A program made the position numbers and the translations under genes. Positions 12,671 through 25,247 of a stretch of 64,000 nucleotides of DNA are shown piece after piece; within the stretch, counting starts at the first letter, position 1; each line of letters begins with the position of its first letter. The notes beneath the pieces were generated by a model, which saw only the letters and a program-made list of their open reading frames with translations, made no database searches and had not been told where the DNA came from. The DNA comes from Phyllosticta citribraziliensis (taxonomy: Eukaryota), in assembly GCF_038025025.1 (NCBI RefSeq), contig NW_027117348.1, positions 310,001-374,000 on the forward strand, written 5' to 3'.

Positions 12671-15587
12671 TTTTTGGTCTGCGGTCGTCGGTAAGTGTAG
12701 GAAACTCGATGGCGCAGGTTGCTGTGTCGGCTGGGCTTAGAGAAGTGTGATCTTGAAGTATTGATGGGCTTTGGAAGTTTTTCTGGTGTCCGCGTAGGAG
12801 GCCACTGCTCTGTGCAACGTCAACAATGAGGCTCTACGCGTCGTCCCGTGTCCTGGACGCGTTTCCCAGCCTCCCGAAAAATGACTGCATGCACCCGAAT
12901 ATCACACTGGGGAAGAGCTGCCGGGACAGTCGCCGATTGGCGCGGATGCGACGCCTTGACACGCGGAGACGTTGGCGGTGGAGACGCTGCGCGACGTCGA
13001 CTTGCTTTTTCCCGTTGACCTCGCATCGCGGCACGTCGATTTTCCGCCGACTGACCTCACAACAACTGATAGCTGGGGTCGAGACTGGGTCTTTGACGCT
13101 CAGATCACGTCTTTCGCGCAGGGGGTTCTATCGAGAAGGACGTCTCATCTGGGTTGCCCCGTTCGCGACCACAGCAACCTGAAGCGACCTGGTACAAACC
13201 GCAACCACTTTCAACCCAGCCGCTGTGAAAGCGAACAAGGCGGCTAGACGGCTGATCGATTGCCATTCTACCCAACCTCGCAGTCTTGTCTCCACTTGCC
13301 GACTGCGCAAAAACTGTTTCGAAGTGCGTTCCGTCGTCACCAGCAGGAAGCCGAGCAGTCACACTGCGCTGTCTCCTGCGCTTGAGCCGATCAAATTTCG
13401 AAATTGACTAGATACAGGCAAATGAGGTTTGACGTTACTGGAAACCCCTGGAGGCCAGTCGAAAGAGATGGAAATTCGAGGCGGTGAATTTTCCAGCTTC
13501 GGCGGCAGAGCCTACTACCTACCAGGCCATCATCAGTTCAGCTGAGGGACTTCAAGAACGCAATTCCAACCCTACGAGGTACCGAGGCCCCTCTCAGCCC
13601 AAGTGCTTCGTATTTCGTATCCTGAATCAATAGGAGATAGCCCCGTGGCGAAGGTTAGCTGGTCCGCAGCAATGTCACTTCAGATCCCCAGCACGGTATC
13701 GCAAGACACAGATCTCGCGAGTCTTGCGCCTTGGTCTGTGGGTTCTTCCAATACCTCGGGACCTGATTGAGTCGTTTGGGCCTTGTACAAGCGCCTGTAC
13801 ATCGTGCGATATCGGATGAACAATCCTGGGCTGCGCCGTGGACATACACTTTGTGTTTCTACGACCTGGGAAGCAAGGCGTTGCAAGGCGACTGACAGCT
13901 ATGGATCCCTCGAATTTCTGGTTCTCACTTCGACGATGCGGATCTTTTACACGTCTGGTAAGCGCAGTGTTTTTCCTGCGCAATGCAACGAACCGACGAC
14001 GCCGATGACAAGTGGGCGAGGAAGAATCAAAAACCCTGGCATGCATCCTGTTGCGACTAGCAAGGTAGCCGCTAACTTTTCAAGGCGTACCCTGGATGAT
14101 ATTCCACTCTGTATGGCCTCTTTCGGACTTGTCTTGGTGTTATCCGAGACCTTTGGCCGCATGCAGCAAACCACACGGAAGCGGCTTTGAGTACGCAACG
14201 TGCGCCGGCAGACAATACTGGCGGCGCATTTTACCACGACTTGGAAAGCACTGAGCGCCATATCCCGGGGACGACTGCGCCCAGCAAACGGGCGACAATT
14301 CCAGAGATGAGGGCGAGCCAGCCACCCGCAAGCCGTCCGCATTGTCTCAAAACGTGGCACTGCATCTCAACATTCCGAAGTGATGCCATCTCGTCGGGCT
14401 ACCCATGGCTATGCAGGTTGATGTCAGTCAAGAGACAGTCTCACCTGCGCACTTCTGCTGCTCTGAGGGGGAGTGACGCGAGTTCGATAGTCGACGTGCG
14501 GATCCCGCCAACTCGACGAGTGTCGAACAGAAAGTCGCAAACAGCTCCCATCGCTGCGGCAACTCTCCGATTCCCATCGCAACTCTTTCTCTCTACTCCA
14601 ACCGGGCGACTGGGGCTGTCCACTGCAAGTCGTTCTAGGAGGCGAACGATGCCGGAGCTGAGGCCGACACGACACAAAGTACCCTTGACGGAACTTGAGA
14701 TTTCAATTCAGGTACTACTGGTCTCAAAGTAACTTGACGTTGCAGTCATCGACATTGCCTCAACACTAACCACGACACAGTCCTAGCATCGCCCTACCAT
14801 CCAAAGCCAAGAAGATGCGACTCTTTTGTGCTATTGCCAGCAACACGCGACACAAGCAGCCACAGCGAGGCCCAAATCGGTCGCCACACGAGGCGAAAGC
14901 ATGCGGCGCAGCGTCGGCTTCATCCGGTCGGGGCAAAAAAAAATTCAATGGTCGCTCATTGAGCTGCAGAGAAGAATTGAATTTAGAGCCGTCCCTGAGC
15001 CTATCGTTGCGGTCAACATTCCTCTGCTTTCCTTGCGTCCTATCAAGCGTCGAGGTTGTCTCATGCCAACACACCTTTCCATCTCACACATTCCAGCGAG
15101 CGCCGGTCGGTGCCATCTCATCGTTAACAGATCCTGCAGCCTCGCGCATCCATTCTCATCGACACATGAGCGCCGTGCCGTCCGCTGAGTACCAAGGGAC
15201 CAACACGCGATTGAAGCCATGTTCGGTATATCCCGGTTTCCCCGTACCCCTAAATTCCCTTTGTGCGCACTGCCACTGGACCCAATAGACACATACACCA
15301 CGAATAGAATTCTGGAACATGGCGATTGCTAGAGGCTCCGAAAGAGTGAGCCAATGCCAGATGCAACATCTATGACCACGCCTAGATTGTGACCTCCTTG
15401 GCACCCCATCGGCCAAAGCCGCATTCACAGCGAGACATGATACTGGTCATCGAGGCCTTGGCTGTGTCTGTATCTATAAAGCTGGCTCCAAGGTCCGTAG
15501 TGATGGTTCGCAACATAGCAAGATCAGTCGACACCACTTCCGCACCTCCAAGATACCCAGCTCATTCCAACAACCACCTTTGTCAAC

Positions 15588-16144
15588 ATGGTTCTCAAAG
15601 TTTCCATTGTGCTTGCCATATACAGCATGTTGACCTGCGTTGCGGCCCTGCCGGGGCTGCGCTACGCCATGCCGGAATCGCCCATCTTTACCATCGCCGA
15701 AGGTATGCTCCTCCAGACTTCAGACCAATCTTCGCCGACATGGACACTGACAGCGCCTCAGAAACTCCTGCTCTTGTGGTTCCATCCTCTCGATCCATGA
15801 TTGGAGTCATGCTGGCAGCTCAAGTCACGCCAACTGCAGCGTCAACGCCGACTCCGACCCCGACTGAAAGGGTGCTTGCCGTCACCCAAAAGTCCAGCAC
15901 CAAAACCTCCAAATCCGCAAAGACCACTCCCGCGTCGTCGTGCGTGCCGCTGACCGTCTGCATCGACTACCTCAACGATTGCGGCGTGAGGTACGGAGGG
16001 TGAGTCAATCACTTGAGTATCTACGAAGGCGGGACTGACGAGATGTGCAGCTGCCACGACATGTGCAAACCCACTTCGTACACAGACCCGGGCTGTCCCA
16101 AGACAAAGAGGCCTTGCAATCTGCGTGCGGGCAACTGCGGTTAG
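15588..16144 (+). CDS. Small secreted Thr-rich, Cys-rich protein
   Basis: Signal-peptide-like MVLKVSIVLAIYSMLTCVAA; two introns (GTATGC..CAG, GTGAGT..CTGAC..CAG); C-terminus CVPLTVCIDYLNDCGVRYGGCHDMCKP..GCP..C..C. Confidence 0.65.
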
Positions 16145-19100
16145 GCATTTGAAGTGTCGCTACGCTGGCCTACTACAAAACACGACTCCTTTTCCTCTTG
16201 TATATAGATGCGACGAATCACTTGCCCCGAAAGACCACAGAGACGACCGCTTCGCTTCTTGCCCCGCAGGCGCAGAAACATATTGGTCATGAAAGCACTT
16301 TTAGTCGATGAACGAATGAATTACGTTTTCCTTATGCCGAGTTCAAACTTCCGCAGTGACCGATTGTCTGTCGAGTCGTTGATTCGAGTCGTTGATTCGA
16401 GAAACGACTTGAATCGCACGGCTTGTCCTCTTTCACCTCGTCTCCAGAGACCTTAATTTCGTCTCCAAGCAATGCTCGCTGTCAACGTCTCGAATCGGTA
16501 CTCATGATGTCAGGCACAAGCGGGAATAAGCCATCGCCAAGGCACCTAAGCATACTTGACGGTGACACTGATCTCATTGCACAATGGCGGGTCCGGCACC
16601 ACCTCCGCGACGAGATGGCTCATTTGAAGCAGGACCATTGTGGGTCATGCTTTTGCGCTCCCATCTACTAAGCGCTGAGCACGGATGGCAAACACGGCCA
16701 GGGTAGATGCAGGAACCGAATCACCAACTCCACTTGGAAAAATCGCCTGATGTGCCCAACTTGCATACATGCCAGCCACCCTGCACGGCCTAGACAAGGG
16801 TACGCGTGCGCGTAGATTAATTCCCAACCTCATGGTTTTTGCTGACTGAAAATTTTCCCTGTTGCAGGACGGGACCCGCAAGCATGTCGACGTCCTATCC
16901 TTCGAGCTGGAAATTGGACTGTTTCGCTGGCAGCAGGTCGTTCCCGATTCCATCTCGACCGCATTGGACGGTTCGGATCTGGCTCAATTCTGGAGACTGG
17001 GCGGCCAAAGGGGAAAATGATCCAGTGTCTTCGAGCAGTGTGTTCGTTTTGCCCAATGAGGCTAGCGTGGAATTTGATGCCTGACGAGGCATCACTCCCA
17101 GCCAAGCCGGGGATGAGATCACCGTCGGTTGGCACTTCTGTCTCTGTCTCAACACCACAATTCCAGTCGGCTGCGCCAGTTTTGTATCGCAGTCTGACTT
17201 TCGTTGCGTCTGTTTGCTCGACGGAGACGCTCTGCCCTTCTTCTGTGCTCTTGCCGCGACCGTGACCAAGTTCTGCGACCGCCGCTCCGACTGCCGACCG
17301 GGCGACTTCATCAACAGGATGGCATCGCGACTTCAAAGCCACCGTCCTTCAGCATCTCCACTTGTCAGTCCTAGTCTGGAGTAGTCCCTTTGATCGCCGC
17401 GACGGCGCTCTCGACTCGATGGTCGTTTTCTTCCGACCGAAACACCCCGCCCGCGTAACGGCCGAGAGCGACAGTGCTGCTGAGAGCCCAAATGGAACGG
17501 ACAATCTTCTTGCGTGGGGTGGTCAATGAGCCAACTTGAAGCTCGAATACGAGCTGTGGCGGATGATGGGTCAGGATGGGTTGGACTGGTACGTTGTGAT
17601 GTCCAGCCTCCGGCCTGAGCCGTGGCCAACGCTGGCTGGCGTCGGAGGAAGATGGATGGAAGCTTGTCTTCTTGAGCATCGTTAGTCCACGCATGAGCCC
17701 GAGGCTTATATCGACCGCACATCTCGGCCGTGCTGACTGCAGACACAGGAACTGTCGCGAGCATTCGTTGCGAATCCACTGCGCTTCCCCGACTGCCCGA
17801 CCGAGACCATTTTGCGCAACACCGCTCGATCCATCGAAAGCTCTACAATGCAACCGGAATAGTCCACGACGAAGCCTCGGGGCCCTGGACAAGTGCATGA
17901 GGGTTGGTGGGGGTCTCGCAAATGATTCTGTCTGCTGCGCACTCGCGAGGGACCAGCATACGCATAACCACGGTGTGAAGAGCGACCTGTTTGGATTGTA
18001 CGCAAAGCACTGCCGAGGATTCACGTCCTACGGCCGCAGGATTGCCCTACGAGGCAGAAGCTCAGCGCTGGGTCCCGCGCTGCCGCGGCTCCTCGCGACG
18101 GACCGACGGTAGCAGCCCTATCGACACCCGGTCTCCCCAGGATTCCCACGGTATCAACGTGGAGTGGCACCGTGCTCGCTGGGAAGGCCTCAGAGGACCC
18201 TTGATTGCAAGTTGTACGCATCCTTTTGCCCTCAGCAAGTCTCGTTGTTCGACTTCAAATTTCAGTGGTCGAATATCTCGCTTCAACCAACGAGCTACGA
18301 TCCAAGTGTGACGACAACTGGCATGCCGCGCTCGTTCAACCCGTCAGTGCTCCGCAAGGCTGCAGAGAAGCCAGTTTACAATTGCTGCGGAGGTAAATCG
18401 CAAACTACTGCAGTCATGGTGAGTTTCCAAGAGACAGAAAGGACTTGGAAACACTCGGCCGTCGCTGACTGCAGAAAACAGCCTCATCCGCAAGTAAGCG
18501 CTTGCAGTGTCGGCATCCGCACCACTGTCGTTGCCAACACCAACCTACCTCCTCGGCAGGTCGCAGTCGAAACGAAATTTGCATCGAGTTTTTGTGACAT
18601 CCTGGAGCGGGTGGTCTGGTTGACGCGAAGAGACGGTCTCCGGTGCTGGCTTCATGTCATCGCAGGAGTATCGACCGCGAAGTCTTGGCCATGCATTTTG
18701 GAACCGCTTGCCACCCTTCTCGTGCGCGTTGCAGAGCCAAGCTGCGCCGGGAATCAATAGTTGTTGATTCAGTCTGTTGAAAGCCTTCACGAATAATCTG
18801 AACAAGCTACTCGCGGACGCGTCTTGTACGAGTACTGTCATCTCAACACTGGTGAAGGTTTCGCTGACCATTCAATTAGATGCGTTTCAAATTGCAGAAG
18901 CTTTCGAACACACGGTTTTGGCTTTTCAGTCGCTGAATCCACGACTCGATCCGTCAACAATTTGGACGTCACGTGATCCGGTCGCGCAATCCTCTTGCGG
19001 ACATCTTGCATCTGGCACCATCACGCAACATCGCTCATCGTGCAGACGCAACTCAAAACGCATTGCGACAGTGGCAACAGGTATGCATCTCTGGCATCGC

Positions 19101-19498
19101 ACTGCACCGAGGATAGTTGAATTTCGAAACACTCTGCTGACATGTCCCGTACGCTAGTCAAGCCGCAGAGCGCGTTCCGCTCCAGCGCAGCGGGTTTCTG
19201 GGGAAGAGTCAGCGCGGCCCGCGACCCGCCATTGGATGAACAGCGTTGAGCCGGGCGGAAAACATGCTGCCTTGTCGGGAGATTGTGGCTGATGGCGGAC
19301 GGGAAGCTTCTTCGTACACTATTCCTCGGCTGGGCATGTGAGGCGGGAAGCATCGTGCTGCACGTGAGAAGTTACCCCATTTCAGACGGGTGTTGAAATA
19401 GATGGCGATGCGCTCGCAGGGAGAGCAGACATCATTGCAAAGCCAGAAAGCCAGAATCATCGTACCGTAACAGCCGACACCGCGTTCAAAGCAGCATC

Positions 19499-20313
19499 AT
19501 GGAGGCCATCACCCAAGCCGTCATCAACTACTCCAAGTTGGAGCTCAGTTTCGTCCGAATCACAAAGGCAACCCCAGAGTACGCGCCATTGCGAGAATTC
19601 TTTGATGTCATCCGCTGACGAAACTCAGGACATTCAACATCTACATCGAATGCAAGATCTCGGGAACTGGCCCCGTCAGCGCCACCATGGCCGGCATGCA
19701 AGTCGACCTGGTTGGACCTGCTGGTGCCTTTGGAAAACTCCAACTGCCTACCGTCAAGACTTCTGGAAGCAGCACTGCATTGACGATCGAAGACCAGACG
19801 GTCAAGATTATCGACTTTGAGGCATTCAACGCTTTCGTCAAGGCCCTGATCCAGGACAAGGACATCACCCTGCACCTCAAGAACGGCCACACGACTCTCA
19901 AGGCCCTGGCCATGACCAACAAGGTTGTGTACGAGAAGCCGATTGAGTTGAAGGGCATGAACGGCCCGCAGACGCGCATCGAGAAGACTGAGGTCACCGG
20001 CAACGACTCATTCACCAACCACCTCGTCACAGAGAACCCATCGCCATTCGAGATTGATCTCGGCGAGGCCATTTTCGACATCCAAAACGCCAGCGGCGAA
20101 GTCATTGGCACTGTCCAAGGCCCCCTGCACATCACCCGCGGCAAGTCACAGTTTACCATGAGCGGCAAAATCAACAAGGGCGTCAGCGTCGGGTCTGGGG
20201 AGGGCTTCTTCGTCGGTACCGGCTCCGTCACCGACAGCTGGGCCAAGGAGACGAACAAGTACGTCAAGACGCCGGTGCAGCTCACGCCTGAGTTGATGAA
20301 CTTGGCCAAGTAG
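19499..20313 (+). CDS. DUF3712-like protein
   Basis: Strong codon bias; motifs FGKLQLP, DQTVKIIDFEAFNAFVK, LKGMNGP, NPSPFEIDLG; one intron near 19579-19629. Start uncertain. Confidence 0.7.
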
Positions 20314-22053
20314 CGGGGGACTTCACGAATCACATGCATATAGCCCAGGGGCGTCTAATATACCAACTTTCTTGTCTCATGAATCATTTGAATCAGTTGC
20401 TTCTATCAGTCAATGGGATGTCACTTTGCATTCGCATGTCGCATGCCAGTTCCTCGTGACCGCGCAGGCTTTCTCCATGCCGATTCTTGCTCCAAGGGCC
20501 GGGCCGGTGCGGCTCCCCGTGTTTGTATGCTTATTGATACGTGGTAGTATGTCAGTGTCCCAGAAGCAGGTCTCAAATCAGGTCTCTGCAAAAAGACGAC
20601 AGTGGCACGGTCGCAGTTGTGAATGATGCGTTTTCGCAGAGGCAGCAACTGCAGCTCACTGGGTGCGGCCTGACAATCGAGATCGCTCTGAGCGAGAAGT
20701 TAATGAGCGCAGCAAGCCAGCAAGTCGGTATTCGCAAAAGTCCTGCGGATCAAGTGGAGCTCGTCTAGTTTTGATGGTGGGCGCACGCCTACGGTGCTTC
20801 GACGAGCGCGAGCATGTTTGCAACGACGTTTGCGGTGGCTCAAGGCATCGCTCGACTGAGTTTCTTCAACCTCCACAGTATCCCCCGTCCTCAAGCACTT
20901 GGGCTATCGGCGAAGTCATCCGGGACGACGTCTATGAAGGGACAGCAGGTGGCAGGGCACAGACGCGGGACCCCGCGCTTGGCGGCTCAAGCCACCGCGC
21001 GCGCTGCCCAGCCGCCACTCACTTACAGCGGATACCCCCGCGCTGCCTCTCAGCGGTCACTTCTCATTCTCGCAAGCCTTTCTCGGTTGAGAAGTCCGTG
21101 AGGAGGCTCTTTTTTGGCCGTCTTCGCGTCGTGGGCGCGATCCCTCGAGGCCAATCATGCGGATCCGAAAACGCAACTCGTCACGGTCGCATTTTCCAGC
21201 AATTGGACTTGTTAATGAAAAAAAGCTTTGGCGTTCGCAGGGATACGCCGAGGAATCACTGTGCGGTCCCTGGAAGCGAGATCTTTGCGCACCGTGTGCT
21301 TTCGTGGAGGTGTGTCGTTCTGGCTGCGACCGAGAGGACTTCAGAATTGCACGAGAATATTTGTCCATGAAACTCCGCAAAACCCAAGGGGAATTTCCAA
21401 TATCGCAATGCGACCAACTGGCTTGCGCAGGAACGCCACGGTGCCGTTGGCGGTGTGCACGTCGTCAGTGCCGCTGCCGTGACTGCCACGCCTACTAGAA
21501 GCTGCTTTGGTCAGGAAGCATCGCTCGGAGACTCACGCCAGTGATGGTAAGGACATGGTGACTGCCTTGGACTCCCTTTGCAGCAGCAAGGGTTGCAAAT
21601 ACGATGTGTCGTGGATGAGATGAGGGCGAATACTGCGGAGGTGCTGCTGTCAGAGTGGCAATCTGTAAATTTGAATCGGATTCAGTCCTGCGTCGCTCAT
21701 TGCTACCAGTACGGACTGCCTGGGGCTCTGGTCAATGCGATTTCTCCTTCCAGAAGTCGCTCTTTGTTTACGTCTTCGTCGTTCCTGCCACACCAAGCTC
21801 AACCTCATCTTCGTCGCAACAGATGCCCGGCAGAGTCTTTTAACTGCCGCCCAGTCGAAAGAAAGCATTCATATCGAAGTCAGCTTCTACAGCGCCCAAG
21901 GGTCCACCTTTTTCGTTGCCAGCTTTTCGCCTTCGCGACCTTGAACTCGACCGAGGCACCATTTTATCGTGAGCGAACTTCACCTCTTCTGGCGCACGCA
22001 TCTCACCGTTTCCAGACTTCTCTCGACGCTGTAATCCTTTCCAGGACGCCCAA

Positions 22054-23289
22054 AATGGTCCTCATCAATGCCCCCAACTACTCGCGGCCTGCCAACACTT
22101 CGCCCGCTTTTGTAACTCCCAGCACATTCGCTTTCGGCACTCGCCCGGATGCTCTCAGTTCTACACTCATTGGCTTTTGTTCGCTTGCAGATCACCTGGG
22201 CCCTTCTCTATCGCGGGACCTTGTCGTTTTCGCTTCACCCAAGACACATGGTGAAAGGCCTGTCTGGATTCAGGATGTTCTCGTTGGCACCGCCCTCCTT
22301 CTGTTCGCCACCGTCGTCTTTTTGGTTATCACGCGTCTCGTAAAACGGGAAATCCAACCAGCTCTAGTTATGCGACCAGCTCCAATCAGGAAGCTACCTC
22401 TGGAAGTGCTTTTGCTCATTGGAAAATTCCAAGACCCCGTCGATCGCCTTAGCCTTGCCGTTTGCTTCCGCAGACTGTTCGGTAGAGACGAGTTCGACGC
22501 GGCACCGCTGGGATACCGAAATTCGCTACGCTGGAGAGTCCGGCACTTGTACCTCGCCAAAAAGGAAAGGAGCTTGTACATTTCCCTAGGACGAAGCTAG
22601 TTTGCTCGGGCTGCAGGAAACTCCATCCCACACGTCTCTTCTCTCCTGGCCAGTTGCGAGCCGCACCCGAGGCAAGAGTCTGTATAGGTAGAGAAGGGAG
22701 GATCCGCGTGTGCGAACACAAGTTGCTCACGCGTCTGGAAATCAAGGACAACATTCATGTGCTCGGTAATCATGCCAGGCTTTGCGACTCTCTAGATCAT
22801 AGCCCAAGATACGTGCAGAGGCCTGCTCCGACTCTGACCCACAGATGCTTCAGAAGTGGACACCAGGTTGCATGTGACGAGTCTCAAATTGACACAACGA
22901 CTCTCGTGGAACTGGACCGCGGCACAAATCTCTCGATACCTCAGTTGCAGACGATATTCAAGAGGCGCCCATGCCAAATCTGTCCTCATCTTCGGCTTTC
23001 CGACAGACTCTGCCGCGTATTGCTATTCCGCCGGCTACTCCCATTCTTTGTGTTGCGGGAGGGAACAGGGGCAGGATTCCTGGATGCACATTGCCCTCAT
23101 CCCGACTGCGGCGCCAGATTCACGATATCAGCCGAAACTTCTCGCGCAAACGTAGCTACTTTCATGAACGGATCTTTCTTCACGCTAGCACCACTACCAC
23201 AAGGCACAATGGGTGTCGTTCTTCACGTCACGAAATTCATCCCCAGTCTTGAAGACCCTACCGATCCTGACTGGCTTGGCCAACTGTAG
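22054..23289 (+). pseudogene. F-box-like gene split across two frames (possible frameshift or unrecognised intron)
   Basis: LPLEVLLLIGKFQDPVDRLSLAVC (F-box-like) in one frame; LVCSGCRKLH..F...QL...R.C.G..G.I..C.H continues in another frame near 22560-22600. Confidence 0.5.
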
Positions 23290-24336
23290 GACACGCGGTC
23301 GACAGAATGTGGTGGAGGCCTCGATTCCGAATGCGAAATCTGCAACCATGCGTTGTACAGGATGGACTGAAGTGAGGATAGTTGATGCTCTGGGGGATTG
23401 GAGCGTTGGTTGACGACCACGGCTATAATGGCGTTCTCTTTCTTTTGAGCCTAGCAAGTCCTCGGAAAGGGCGGAGGATGAATCAGACCGATCATGGCGT
23501 TCGAATGCTTGCTTTGCGTAGCTCTGTCTTTCCAGGAAGTCTGGTGTGCTTCGATTGTGTATTTCTTGCCGCGCGCCAATGTGGGTAGTTGGTGAATCCA
23601 GATGGCGCCAGAATTCTTAGTCGAATGGAGTTTGAATCGCGAATTCGATCCGGTCACAAAGATCGAGAGTAAGAAAAGTGCTTACCGAGAGCGAAATGAT
23701 CTAACCACCAAGATGCAGGTGAAGAAATTCTGCGTGTCTTGTTGCCTTCGTTCCTCTTCCGCGCTGCTCAGCTCGAGTCGATTCGGGAAGTATCCCGTCA
23801 CTTTGCTAAAGCCAAAAACGCTCTTTTCTGCACGCAAGCAAGACGCTACTACAACACGTTCCCTTGCCGTGCTGTATCGAGGATGATTTCCACCTATGCT
23901 GATGGTCTCTCTCTTCTTTTGTGAACGAAATGGCATTTTCGAGCTTGCTTGAGTTGCAGTGTCGAATTCCCCGCCTCGAGTCCACGGTCGGCGCCCTACG
24001 GCAAGGATGGGCAACAACGCAGAGGAGTTTCGTATTTTGGATGGAATCAGGATGTCCCGCGCGCACATCTGCTTCTGCGCGCTGCTTTGGTCGAAGTGCT
24101 CGCTTATTTCGAAGCGAGTTGGGAAGTGTTTCTGGAGGTCGAACACGAACTTTGGACGAAGAGACAGATGCAAAAGGAGTTATCATTGCCACAGACCACT
24201 ATACACACCAATGTCCTCGCTCTCCTTCCATCGAAGTTCCTTTTGCTGCGCCCAAGTGAGACCGAAAGGCGTTTTGCGGCCCGCCGAGGCCAAATCCACC
24301 AGCCTCCGCGCAGGACGGCGACAAAACAAAAAGAAA

Positions 24337-24419
24337 TTCCATCACCGGGAATTGAACCCGGGCCTTGCCGGAACCTTCGTAATGAAAGCGGCAAATCCTA
24401 GCCACTAGACCATGATGGA
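24337..24419 (-). tRNA. tRNA-Glu(UUC) with 11-nt intron
   Basis: TCCATCA/TGATGGA acceptor stem, D arm TGGTCTAGTGGCTAGGA, anticodon stem TGCCG/CGGCA around CT-TTC-A, intron TTACGAAGGTT after position 37, GGTTCAATTCC T-loop, T-rich Pol III terminator. Confidence 0.95.
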
Positions 24420-25206
24420 TGTTGGTGAAAGGGAGACGAAACATTTGTTATATATTGCAGTGTAAAACTCCCCACGATGGGTTGCTCCAATCACAGATGC
24501 TGTCCATATCGATCACGCTGGGGACAAGAGAAAGACTTAGGCGCTAAGCTTCAGTCACGCCCGAAGCTGAAGTGTGCATTCAATTGAAAAGATCTCCGTT
24601 AGCCACTCACCATTGCACGGCGGTCCTTTACAGTCCGTTTCGTTCTCCGGCCCGGCAAGATACTGGTCCGAGCTTCTCAAGCTCCGCCCGGTCGCTGCTA
24701 TCTCCCAACCAAGCGCTACACCACCCACCGGCGACTGCCACCCATCATTGTTCACTTCGGTCACATATCGACACCAGCCCCCCAGAAAGTCTCTCATACG
24801 TCCCAGCGTACGCACTGAAACCGCTCTCGAGCAGGATGACTCGCTGTCCGCCAAAGAAGCACGCGTCGCGATGAATCCGGGCGCGGCGCGTGTCGACGAC
24901 CAGCGCGAACCACCGCATCGGCGAAAAGACGAATTCCTTAGTTTACGCACCTCGCTCATTGAACTTCTCAGCCTGAGATTGACAGCGGCTAGCTACCCAA
25001 CCAGTTTCTCTCCCCACCCTCGATCCAAGTCCTTGTCGCGACCGAGTGTCTCCCAGACCGACCACCCTCCCCAACCCAGCCCGCAAGCGATGGAATAGCC
25101 CAAACATTTGAAGACCGTACATTTTGCATCGGAGATTGATGAGAGCGGCACTTGACATGGCAAAATTGAGTGGGCGATGGCACAATGCTGGTTGCGTGGG
25201 AGGAAC

Positions 25207-25247
25207 GCTGGATCCACGCTGAATCCACGCTGAATCCACGCTGAATC
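25207..25247. repeat. Short tandem repeat (GCTGAATCCAC) x3-4
   Basis: Directly visible 11-bp units. Confidence 0.75.

Noticed and set aside
12800..19400. Many short ORFs in the gene-poor stretch (similarly 23300-27700)
   Set aside because: No codon bias or recognisable motifs apart from the called features.
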